Source of the DNA: Clostridia bacterium
GTDB lineage: Bacteria; Bacillota; Clostridia; Christensenellales; Aristaeellaceae
Assembly (NCBI GenBank): GCA_045617125.1
Contig: JAZLIA010000027.1
Location: 1-28,033 of the forward strand
DNA: 28,033 bases
Direction of reading: 5' to 3'
Below, piece after piece: positions 16,405 through 24,046 of the stretch. The position numbers and the translations under genes were made by a program. The first letter of the stretch is position 1; each line of letters opens with the position of its first letter. The notes beneath the pieces were generated by a model that saw only the letters and a list, made by a program, of their open reading frames with translations, was not told where the DNA came from and searched no databases.

Positions 16405-17448
16405 GTGCTGAAAATGACGGGAACACAAAAACATGCGTCTGCCTGTTTGAAAGCGGCGGCGCTGGCGCTGATGGTGCTTTTTGCTGTATTCACTGCGTTT
16501 TTCATCCCGGATGGGAAAATTCTGTCTTCTGCAAGGAACTGGTATTTTATGGGAGAAGGAACGAATAACGTGCTCTTTGTCTTTCATTTCTGGGGAGCCA
16601 GGATCGCTGCGGCAGGGGCTGCTTCACTTATCGTATTCCTGATCCTTGAAAAGGGAAGCGGGCAGGCTTTCCGCTTTGCGGGGGCATGCCCATTTTTTGC
16701 ACTCTTTTGTTCCCGGCTCCTGTATGGGCTGGCGGAGCTTCCCTTCTACGTAAACTATGCCGGCATCACCGCGCTTTTCCGCGCGGATGAAGGCGGCATG
16801 AGCCTTCCGGGGGCCATGGCGGGTTTTTTTCTTGCTTACAGGCTGGTGTTTGGAAAGGATCCCGGCGCACAGGGCAGCCTTGCTCTGAGCCTGGCGGTGC
16901 TGGTTCCCCTTGTGAAGGCGGCGTCCTTTTTTTCTCCCGGCGGGCTGGGCCTTGGAAGGGAAACGGAAAGCGGGCTGCCCGGTCTCTTTTTAGCTGAGGG
17001 GGAGTGGGGATGCCTGCTCCGCGTATATGTGATCGAGGTTTTGTTGGGGCTGCTGATCCTTGCCCTGCTGTTTATCCTGAAAAGAAACGGGGGCAGGGAA
17101 ACTCTGCTTTCCCGGTATCTGGTGATGTTTGGCGTGATGGAAGTGCTGATGCTGAGCCTTCGGAACGATCATCACATGGAATGGGGCTTTGTGAAGGCCG
17201 GGATGATCTTTTCGTTCCTGCCAGCTGCCTTGGTGACGGTGCTTTCTGCAGCACGAAAAAAGAGCAGGCTTCTTTCAGCAGGAGTGACCGTACTGTTCGC
17301 TTTTTCCGTGTTCCTGCTTGAAAAGGCCCGGGACCGGGCCTGGATCCCGGAGGAGGGAATGGTGTACTCACTCTATCTGCTGCTTTGCTTAGGCTATATC
17401 ATTTATTCCTTTTCAGTATCTGCAAGAGGGCTGAGGCTGCGGAAATAA
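16405..17448 (+). CDS. Polytopic membrane protein, distant Lgt (prolipoprotein diacylglyceryl transferase)-like
   Basis: About 8 hydrophobic helices. ADEGGMSLPGAMAGFFLAY resembles the Lgt W-x-GG-M/L-S-x-H-GG segment, and RYLVMFGVMEVLMLSLRND resembles the Lgt Y..YG..RF..E..R.D segment with substitutions. The start is GTG 16405 or ATG 16414. Confidence 0.6.
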   Translation: MLKMTGTQKHASACLKAAALALMVLFAVFTAFFIPDGKILSSARNWYFMGEGTNNVLFVFHFWGARIAAAGAASLIVFLILEKGSGQAFRFAGACPFFALFCSRLLYGLAELPFYVNYAGITALFRADEGGMSLPGAMAGFFLAYRLVFGKDPGAQGSLALSLAVLVPLVKAASFFSPGGLGLGRETESGLPGLFLAEGEWGCLLRVYVIEVLLGLLILALLFILKRNGGRETLLSRYLVMFGVMEVLMLSLRNDHHMEWGFVKAGMIFSFLPAALVTVLSAARKKSRLLSAGVTVLFAFSVFLLEKARDRAWIPEEGMVYSLYLLLCLGYIIYSFSVSARGLRLRK

Positions 17449-18287
17449 TCCAGCGTGTACTGCATGAATTGGATCACCGCCCGGGAAAGCCCTCCGTTGT
17501 GGGAAGGAAAAATGTAGATGCTTCTGGTGGAGAGCGGACGATTGATGTGCAGAAGGCGGATCTTTTCGTCCATCACATTCTGCCAGGTGATCCGGGGCAG
17601 AAAGGCGATGCCCAGGCCCATCGCGATCAGCTCGCGTACCATGGAAGGGTTATCCCCCTCAAAGATCACGGAAGGGTTGATCCCTGCGCGGGAAAAGAGC
17701 TTGTCGGTGGTTTTGCGCAGCTGGCTTCCCCGGCTCATCAGCAGGTAGCTTTCGCTGCCGGTTTCACTCAGGTCAATGCTTTCCCTGCCCTGGAAGGCGC
17801 GGGAGTCGGCAGGAACAGCCAGCATCAGCTCCTCGGTGAGCAGCAGCTGGGCGTAGGAGGGAAGGGAATCCATTTCGCCGGTGGAGATGCACAGGTCAAA
17901 ATCGTTTTCGATACGGGACTGGTTCATCAGCACGGTCACCCGGGGATAGATCCGCAGGAAACCGTTGAGCAATTCCGGAATGAGAGCAGAGGAGGCCAGC
18001 ACCTTCAGGCGGATGGTGCCGGCGATCACGCCGTGCTCGTTTAGGATCTCCTGCCTCGCTATTTCGTATTCATTCAGTATATTCACCGCATGGCGGCTGA
18101 AGATCTCTCCTTCGGGAGTGATCTCCAGCCGCCTTTTGCGTTCAAATAGCCGGGTGCCCAGCTCTTCTTCCAGCCGGGCAAGGGATTGACTGGCTGCCGA
18201 CTGGGTGATGTTCATCTGATCGGCTGCCCTTGTGATGGAATTGCGGCGGATCACCTCGGTGAAAAGACGAAGCTGCTGAAGATCCAT
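17403..18287 (-). CDS. LysR family transcriptional regulator
   Basis: N-terminal wHTH MDLQQLRLFTEVIRRNSITRAADQMNITQSAASQSLARLEEELGTRLFER plus a LysR substrate-binding domain. GGAGG lies 5 nt upstream. Its 3' end overlaps the convergent membrane-protein gene by 46 nt. Confidence 0.93.
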   Translation of the reverse strand: MDLQQLRLFTEVIRRNSITRAADQMNITQSAASQSLARLEEELGTRLFERKRRLEITPEGEIFSRHAVNILNEYEIARQEILNEHGVIAGTIRLKVLASSALIPELLNGFLRIYPRVTVLMNQSRIENDFDLCISTGEMDSLPSYAQLLLTEELMLAVPADSRAFQGRESIDLSETGSESYLLMSRGSQLRKTTDKLFSRAGINPSVIFEGDNPSMVRELIAMGLGIAFLPRITWQNVMDEKIRLLHINRPLSTRSIYIFPSHNGGLSRAVIQFMQYTLDYFRSLSPLADTEKE

Positions 18288-18341
18288 AACAGCCTCCTTT
18301 TATTATTAGAAAAACTGATATTATGCATTAATATTATAATC

Positions 18342-18370
18342 TTGACTTAATTGATATGCAAGCCTATATT
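18342..18370 (+). promoter_or_regulatory. Strong putative promoter in the AT-rich LysR-divergent region
   Basis: TTGACT-17 nt-TATATT (18342-18347 and 18365-18370), inside the most AT-rich stretch of the window (18290-18420). Confidence 0.55.
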
Positions 18371-18438
18371 TATTGTGTCCAATAAGTTACCGGAATATGT
18401 ATGATTGATTATGAATGAAATTACAGGAGGCGAAGGAA

Positions 18439-18501
18439 ATGCTTGATTTCAGTAATGTGCCTTTTTTTGATGATCACACCCATCGTATTGGCCCTGTATG
18501 A
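18439..18501 (+). CDS. 20-aa ORF MLDFSNVPFFDDHTHRIGPV, a probable remnant N-terminus of an amidohydrolase-fold gene (or a leader peptide)
   Basis: AGGAGG (18425-18430) lies 8 nt upstream of the ATG. DDHTH looks like the HxH metal motif found near the N-terminus of amidohydrolase-fold enzymes. The stop overlaps the next ATG (ATGA at 18498-18501). Confidence 0.4.
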   Translation: MLDFSNVPFFDDHTHRIGPV

Positions 18502-19253
18502 TCCTGATGACCATTCAGAAGGATTGCACAGATGAGCAATTCGGCAGCTTCTGGATTGTGCTGGGCGTGAGCTGCTTAGTGTTGGCCGCGGCGATGGGGG
18601 CGTTGTATCTGTTTGGTATCGGGAGAGGGAAAAAATCCTCCGTGTTTAATGTGCTTTCTGTTATGCCCAATGCCGGTTTTGTTGGAATGCCCATCATCAA
18701 GGCAGTATACGGGGATGAGGGCATCCTGTTCCTTGCGGCGTTTTTGGTGGGGTTCAATCTGGTTTTATGGACGCTGGGCGTTGCCCTTTTTGAAAAGATC
18801 ACGGTGCGTTCTTTTCACAACCTGCTCAATCCAGGTCTGATTGCCTCTGTTGCCGGAATGATCCTGTTTGTTTTCAGGACCCGCCTGCCTCATTTTCTTT
18901 CATCCACAGTGACCCAGATAGGGTCGCTGACCACTCCGGTGTCCATGCTGCTCCTGGGAGCCAGGCTGGATCAGATCACAAAAGAAAAGCTTTTCTGTCC
19001 AAAGCTCTGGGCATCCTGTGCCCTGAAGCTGTTGGTGTTCCCGCTTCTTACCTTACTTTTGATGCGTCTTCTTAAAATTGAGCTTATCCTTACCGGGATC
19101 ACGGTGCTGGCGATGGCGATGCCTTCGGCCTCCGTGGCCCAACTGCTGGCTGAAAAATATGAGGATGATATCGGCCTGGCGGTTGCCGGGGTATCGGCGT
19201 CCATGATGCTTTGCATCCTTACCATCCCGTTCGTGCTGATCTGCGTGGGATGA
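18498..19253 (+). CDS. AEC (auxin efflux carrier) family permease, apparently N-terminally truncated
   Basis: At 251 aa with about 8 helices, it is shorter than the typical AEC of about 300-320 aa with 10 helices. Recognisable AEC sequence starts at FWIVLGV...VMPNAGFVGMPIIKAVYGDEG. There is no upstream room for the first two helices. Confidence 0.75.
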   Translation: MILMTIQKDCTDEQFGSFWIVLGVSCLVLAAAMGALYLFGIGRGKKSSVFNVLSVMPNAGFVGMPIIKAVYGDEGILFLAAFLVGFNLVLWTLGVALFEKITVRSFHNLLNPGLIASVAGMILFVFRTRLPHFLSSTVTQIGSLTTPVSMLLLGARLDQITKEKLFCPKLWASCALKLLVFPLLTLLLMRLLKIELILTGITVLAMAMPSASVAQLLAEKYEDDIGLAVAGVSASMMLCILTIPFVLICVG

Positions 19254-19306
19254 CAGGATCGGGCGCTGCAACGGAAAACCTGTGTTTCCGAAACCGAAAA
19301 TGATGT

Positions 19307-19330
19307 AAAAACCGTTCAGGCGGTTTTTGT
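19307..19330 (+). terminator. Rho-independent terminator after the AEC gene
   Basis: AAAAACCG-TTCAGG-CGGTTTTT followed by GT. The stem is A/U-rich and could act in both directions. Confidence 0.5.
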
Positions 19331-19395
19331 ATAGGATCGTGTTTCCGGTCGCTCCGGATCGATGAATAATTGCTTTGAAACCCATGAACTTATGA

Positions 19396-19878
19396 TACAA
19401 TGATTATGCTTTCAACAGTGCCCGGTGCGATATACCGGATAACATTCACTCCATCTTGCCCTGGGGGATCGACTTTACCGTGGATGCGGTGGGGTATCTT
19501 CCGCTGATCAACGAATCCATGAAGTGTCTGCGGGATGGCGGAAAAACCTGCTGCTACGGCATTTCTCCGGAAACTGAGATGAAGCTGGAATGGGCTAAGG
19601 CTCCCTACAACTGGAAGCTGCATTTCCAGCAATTCCCCAGTAAAAAAGAGGAGGGAGAGGCCACCTCGCAGATCCTGGCCTGGCTGAAGGCAGGAGCGAT
19701 CGACCTGAAGGACTTTATTTCCGATTACTTCGACTGTGATTACATTCTGGAAGCATCCCAGAAACTGGCTGAAAGGAAGATTGCGGGCAAGGGGATCGTG
19801 GTGTACGGAGATTATCGGGAAAAATATCATTTTTTAATTCATGAGGTGCCTTTATGGACAGGACCGAACAGAAAGTGA
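19396..19878 (+). pseudogene. C-terminal fragment of a medium-chain Zn-dehydrogenase (gene remnant)
   Basis: The open frame after the stop at 19393 reads ...DNIHSILPWGIDFTVDAVGYLPLINESMKCLRDGGKTCCYGIS...KIAGKGIVVYG. This corresponds only to the last third or so of an MDR dehydrogenase. There is no ATG or RBS (the track start is a TTG), the catalytic domain is absent, and the tail runs into the next gene. Confidence 0.6.
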
Positions 19879-20828
19879 TGCATGCCCTTCTTGGCGCCCA
19901 GCGCTACCCCTGGGAACAGGGTGTGGCGGCTCAGGCTATGCTGGAAATGGGGGAGGAGAGCATCTGGCTGCCCATGGCTTATGACGCGGTCACCCGCGCT
20001 CTTCCGGATGGACGTCTGGCTATGCTGGGCAGCGACGCCGCGGTGGCTGATTCTGCCGCAGTGGGAGAAGTGTGCTTCCGGGCTTTTGAAAAAACAGGGG
20101 ATCCCCTTTTTATTCAGGGCGCAAAGGACATGCTGGATTATCTAATGAAAAAAGCCCCCCGAACGAAGGAAGGGGCGATCTGCCATAATACCCGTTCGTT
20201 CCATGAGGGTTTTTCTCCCTTCCAATTGTGGGCGGATGCTCTTTACATGGTACCCCCTTTCCTGAGCGTGATGGGGGAAAGCATGGAAGCCTGGCGGCAG
20301 ATACAGGAGTATGTGCGGGTGCTGCAGGATCCGGAAACAAAGCTGCTTTTCCACATCTGCGACACGAGCACCGGGCGCTTTATCCGGCGGGTGCGCTGGG
20401 CTACCGGTAACGGCTGGGCCGTGCTGGGGATCACGCGCTGTGCGGAGGAAGCAAAAAACCAGGGAAAGGACGAGATCGCTTCTGCGCTTTATGCGCTTGT
20501 GAAGGAGCAGATCCTTTCCATGCAAAGGTTCCAGCGGGAGGACGGACGCTTTAACGATATTCTGGATGATGAAAATTCCTTTGCGGACGGGACGTCGGGG
20601 CTGATGTTCGCTGCTGCAGTGTATCGGAACATCCTTGCGGGAAACCTGCCGGAGGAAATGAGCCTCTGTGCAGACCGGGCTGTTGCCGCTGCTGAAGAAC
20701 ACATCGATGCTTATGGCATTCTGCATGAGGTGTGCGGATGTCCGGATTTTGTTGCTCCCGGAACCTCTGCGGAAGCACAGGCAGCCTATCTGATGGCCCG
20801 GGTATGGAAAAGAAAAGTGAATGAATAA
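19854..20828 (+). CDS. Glycoside hydrolase family 88/105 (unsaturated glucuronyl/rhamnogalacturonyl hydrolase-like)
   Basis: Motifs seen: WEQGVAAQAMLEMG, QLWADALYMVPPFL, RWATGNGWAVLG. GAGGTG lies 5 nt upstream. Confidence 0.8.
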   Translation: MDRTEQKVMHALLGAQRYPWEQGVAAQAMLEMGEESIWLPMAYDAVTRALPDGRLAMLGSDAAVADSAAVGEVCFRAFEKTGDPLFIQGAKDMLDYLMKKAPRTKEGAICHNTRSFHEGFSPFQLWADALYMVPPFLSVMGESMEAWRQIQEYVRVLQDPETKLLFHICDTSTGRFIRRVRWATGNGWAVLGITRCAEEAKNQGKDEIASALYALVKEQILSMQRFQREDGRFNDILDDENSFADGTSGLMFAAAVYRNILAGNLPEEMSLCADRAVAAAEEHIDAYGILHEVCGCPDFVAPGTSAEAQAAYLMARVWKRKVNE

Positions 20829-20855
20829 CAAAGGAAAGCAGGAAATAAGGAATGC

Positions 20856-21272
20856 GTGATTTTTGTTGGTTCAATCCCATCCGGATCGTGCTTGCCCAGA
20901 TTCTGTGCCCGCAATGTGATAGACGGGCTGCATATTTCCTCAGGGCACGGCTACTGGCCTTATCAGAACTGGGGTGTGGAAACGGAGGGCGATCCCCGTC
21001 TTACGGTCGACTTTGGCCGCGAAGTGGAGATCGACCGGGTGGTTCTGTACCTGAGATCCGATTTTCCGCATGATGCATGGTGGGATAAAGCCGTTTTGAC
21101 CTTTTCGGATGGGGAGAGTGTGAACATGTATCCGGAAGGCAAGAAAGGTGCACAGGTTTTCCCTGTGGGAATGCACCGGACACGCTGGGTGCGTCTGGAG
21201 GGATTGAGAAAAAGCAGCGATCCCTCTCCTTTCCCGGCACTGAGGCAGATGGAAGTGTATGGCCGGGATTGA
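20856..21272 (+). CDS. Stand-alone discoidin/F5-8 type C-like carbohydrate-binding domain protein
   Basis: ARNVIDG...GHGYWPYQNWG...LTVDFGREVEIDRVVLYLRSDFPHDAWWDKAVLTFSDGES...ALRQMEVYG. It has a GTG start, and a competing ATG at 20852 is in another frame, so the start is uncertain. Confidence 0.65.
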   Translation: MIFVGSIPSGSCLPRFCARNVIDGLHISSGHGYWPYQNWGVETEGDPRLTVDFGREVEIDRVVLYLRSDFPHDAWWDKAVLTFSDGESVNMYPEGKKGAQVFPVGMHRTRWVRLEGLRKSSDPSPFPALRQMEVYGRD

Positions 21273-21289
21273 TAAAATTGCCAATAAGT

Positions 21290-21329
21290 AAACCGGAGAC
21301 AGGAATGGAAGACACTCCTTCTCCGGTTT
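21290..21329. terminator. Bidirectional terminator between convergent genes
   Basis: AAACCGGAGA(CAGGA)...(TCCT)TCTCCGGTTT long hairpin, flanked by an A-rich 5' side and GCTTTCTTTTT on the 3' side. Confidence 0.7.
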
Positions 21330-21345
21330 GCTTTCTTTTTCATTT

Positions 21346-21945
21346 TCAAAAGCAGCATTCTTCCGCGGCCTTCAGCCAGGCAGCCAGGCACTCCACAGTG
21401 CTTTCTTTTTTCAAGGAGGGGAGTCCCTTCTGATCCGCTTCATCCGGAAACAGGGGAACATGCAGAAATCCTACCGGTATACCGGTGTTTTTCATCGCCT
21501 CAAGAACCGTGTAAAAGGCATCGTTGCACACGAAAGTCCCTGCTGAATAGGAAAGGCGAATGGGAAGAGAGGAAACACGGGTGATCATTGTATGAACGGG
21601 GAGGGTGGAAAAAATGGCGTCCGGTCCGTCCGGAAGAACCTTTTCATTCCAGGGGCGGTTTCCCTCATTGTCGGCAATGGAAGCGTCACGGAGATTGATG
21701 GCAACGGTTTCCGGGGTAACACAGCTGCGGCCGCCTGCGACCCCGGTGAGCAGGATCATGCGTGCGCCGCATTCCTGCGCTGATCTTAGAACCGCTTTTC
21801 CGGCTTTTCCGAACACGGTGGGGATTTCCTTACGGATGATCTCCATTTGCCCTATCCGGTCTGGCAGGGAAAAAACGCACTCCTTCGAGGGATTGACGGG
21901 ATCGCCGCCGAAGGGCTCAAAGCAGGTGACGAGGCAGACGGGCAT
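21346..21945 (-). CDS. pcp: Pyroglutamyl-peptidase I
   Basis: LVTCFEPFGG, catalytic Cys context AGTFVCND, His context FLHVP. The ATG at 21945 is preceded by AGGAGG; the track start at 21975 is an upstream extension. Confidence 0.9.
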   Translation of the reverse strand: MPVCLVTCFEPFGGDPVNPSKECVFSLPDRIGQMEIIRKEIPTVFGKAGKAVLRSAQECGARMILLTGVAGGRSCVTPETVAINLRDASIADNEGNRPWNEKVLPDGPDAIFSTLPVHTMITRVSSLPIRLSYSAGTFVCNDAFYTVLEAMKNTGIPVGFLHVPLFPDEADQKGLPSLKKESTVECLAAWLKAAEECCF

Positions 21946-21959
21946 GATGTTACCTCCTG

Positions 21960-22466
21960 TTATCGTAAAAGACAATTCATCAGGATCGCAGAGGTATAGC
22001 TTTTTTCCGGTGCGGGGTCAAAGCCTGTGATACGAAAGCCTTGTTTTTCCAGGAAGGCAACGGCGCCGCTGTCATCAAAGGGCACGCGGGCGGTGATGCC
22101 GCCGCTGCCTGAAAGACGCAGCTTTTCCTTCACCCTGTTCATCAATAGCGTGCCGTAGCCCCTGCGGCGGTAGCCTTCAAACACGCAGAAAGTCTCCAGC
22201 ATGGCGGAGCTCAGATTTTCACCCCCGGAAACCTCCGCAAGGCCCCGCACACCGGTGTCATCCAGCAGGCCGAGCACGCGGCTGTCGCTGCGCTGAAGAA
22301 GGGAGAAAGGCCTTTCCACATGCTTTTTCTCCTGCTTCTGTTTGCTGATGAGAATGCGGGTCGTTTCATCGGAGGAGTCGTATTGTGCCGTCCAGACGGC
22401 ATAGCTGTCGTAGGTGAGCAGCAGCAGTTTTCCTTCACAGGCACTGCGCTCGAGTTCAATGATGCG
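21960..22466 (-). CDS. GNAT family N-acetyltransferase
   Basis: Acetyl-CoA motif VFEGYRRRGYGTLLMNRV. The ATG at 22466 (MRIIELE) has GAGGAA upstream. The stop lies 14 nt before pcp. Confidence 0.8.
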   Translation of the reverse strand, partial: RIIELERSACEGKLLLLTYDSYAVWTAQYDSSDETTRILISKQKQEKKHVERPFSLLQRSDSRVLGLLDDTGVRGLAEVSGGENLSSAMLETFCVFEGYRRRGYGTLLMNRVKEKLRLSGSGGITARVPFDDSGAVAFLEKQGFRITGFDPAPEKSYTSAILMNCLLR

Positions 22467-22555
22467 CATAATGTTCCTCACTGATCTTGATAAAAACAGT
22501 GTAATACATTCCATACGGAATAGCAAGAAAAGAGTTCAAACTCCTGTAATTCATC

Positions 22556-22584
22556 TTGTTTTGCGGTTGCGGAAGGATTATAAT
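22556..22584 (+). promoter_or_regulatory. Putative promoter of the second MATE gene
   Basis: TTGTTT-17 nt-TATAAT (22556-22561 and 22579-22584). Confidence 0.5.
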
Positions 22585-22624
22585 GCGTTCGTTTGATGCT
22601 TTTTGCACTACAGGAGGAAGCAGG

Positions 22625-23965
22625 ATGCGTACGCTCGGTTCCGGCAATGACCTTACTACGGGGGTCGTGTGGAAAAAACTGATGGGGTTCTTTTTTCCGG
22701 TGCTGTTCGGGCTGCTGTTTCAACAGTTCTACAACACGGCGGATGCGGTGATCGTGGGCACCTTCATTGGAGATAAGGCTCTGGCTGCGGTAGGCGGCAG
22801 CGCCACCGCACTGACCAATCTGGTGGTGGGGTTCTTTACCGGCCTCAACAGCGGAGCCTCGGTGATGATCTCCCAGCGCTTCGGTGCGGGAGATGATAAG
22901 GGACTTAACAAGGTGCTGCATACCGCCGTGGTGTTCTGCTGCGCGATGGGGTTCCTTTTGTCGGTGTGCGGCTATGTTTTCACTCCCGCGGTGCTGCGGC
23001 TGATGGATACGCCGGAGGATATTTTGGAAGACAGCGCGCTGTATCTGCGCATTTATCTTTGCGGAGCGATCCCGCTTCTCATGTATAACCTGTTCCAGGG
23101 AACCCTGCAGGGAGTGGGGGATTCAAAGCGTCCTCTTCGATACCTGATCATCAGCTGCGTTCTGAATATTTTGCTGGACACCCTTTTTGTGGCATGGCTT
23201 AAAATGGGTGTGGCCGGAGTGGGGATCGCATCGGTGATCTCGATGGTGGTGTGCATGCTGATGGCTTTGATCCACCTAATGCGGGTGGATGGGCCTCACC
23301 GGATCCGGATACGGGATCTGAAGGTGGATTGGCTGTCCCTGAAACGCATTCTCAAGATCGGTTTGCCCTCCGGGCTGCAGAGCAGCCTGTATGGCATCAG
23401 CAATGTGATCATCCAGTCGGCTGTCAACAGCTTTGGAACAATGGCCGTCGCGGCCTGGACTGCCAGCTCCAAATTGGATGGATTCTACTGGTCCACCAGC
23501 AATTCCTTTGGCATCACGGTTTGCGCTTTTGCGGGTCAGTGCTACGGGGCCGGGAAGACCGACCGCATGAAGCAGGCTACCCGCACCTGCATGAGGATCG
23601 CGCTGGTCGTAACGGTCCTGCTGTCGGCAACGCTTCTTTTGATCGCCCGCCCGGTGTACGGAATATTTGTGAGTGACCCGGCGGTGATCGACAGCGCGAT
23701 CGAAATGATGATATATATCGTTCCCACTTACTTTGTGTGGACGTTTATCGAGGTGCTTTCCGGCACCTTCAGAGGCGTTGGAGACACCTTCCGGCCCATG
23801 ATCATCACCCTGACCGGCACCTGCGGGATCCGCGTGCTGTGGATGCTGCTTGTGGTGCCTGTGTGGCACACGATCATGGCGGTGTGCCTGGTATACGGCA
23901 TTTCCTGGGTGATCACCGCTGTTGCGTTCATTTTGTATTATCGCAGCGGAAAGTGGCTGAGATAA
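22625..23965 (+). CDS. MATE family efflux transporter
   Basis: The ATG at 22625 (MRTLGSGNDLTTGVVWKKLMGFFFPVLFGLLFQQFYNTADAVIVG) is preceded by AGGAGG. Canonical 12-TM MATE of about 446 aa. Confidence 0.9.
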   Translation: MRTLGSGNDLTTGVVWKKLMGFFFPVLFGLLFQQFYNTADAVIVGTFIGDKALAAVGGSATALTNLVVGFFTGLNSGASVMISQRFGAGDDKGLNKVLHTAVVFCCAMGFLLSVCGYVFTPAVLRLMDTPEDILEDSALYLRIYLCGAIPLLMYNLFQGTLQGVGDSKRPLRYLIISCVLNILLDTLFVAWLKMGVAGVGIASVISMVVCMLMALIHLMRVDGPHRIRIRDLKVDWLSLKRILKIGLPSGLQSSLYGISNVIIQSAVNSFGTMAVAAWTASSKLDGFYWSTSNSFGITVCAFAGQCYGAGKTDRMKQATRTCMRIALVVTVLLSATLLLIARPVYGIFVSDPAVIDSAIEMMIYIVPTYFVWTFIEVLSGTFRGVGDTFRPMIITLTGTCGIRVLWMLLVVPVWHTIMAVCLVYGISWVITAVAFILYYRSGKWLR

Positions 23966-23998
23966 GTACGCGAATTTGGTTTTGGAGTAAAGCCGCTT

Positions 23999-24046
23999 AA
24001 ATGAGCTTCATTGCCGGTCAGGAGGGGTCGGGAATGAAGCTCATTT
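23999..24046. terminator. 14-bp perfect inverted repeat between convergent genes, overlapping the SRAP 3' codons
   Basis: AAATGAGCTTCATT-20 nt-AATGAAGCTCATTT. The right arm (24033-24046) lies inside the last codons of the SRAP gene. Confidence 0.55.

Noticed and set aside
15339-16505. 388-aa ORF on the - strand, opposite the MFS gene.
   Set aside because: Antisense shadow. The product is highly basic and low-complexity, whereas the sense strand encodes a coherent 12-TM protein.
17385-18044. 219-aa ORF on the + strand, opposite the LysR gene. The antisense ORFs at 6487..7311, 7380..7967, 7995..8621, 20142..20831 and 23276..23869 are of the same kind.
   Set aside because: All are opposite genes with clear family signatures and lack RBSs. 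They are consistent with GC-rich antisense frames.
18396-18409. The 14-mer ATGTATGATTGATT is shared between the LysR-divergent region (18396-18409) and the HTH/hipA junction (27157-27170).
   Set aside because: A single 14-mer match in 28 kb is about what chance predicts (order of 1). There is no extended similarity on either side.
20852-21073. 73-aa ATG-initiated ORF overlapping the discoidin-domain gene.
   Set aside because: The product is Arg/Cys-rich with no motifs. The overlapping frame encodes a clearly recognisable discoidin-like domain. I kept it only as a note on start-codon ambiguity.
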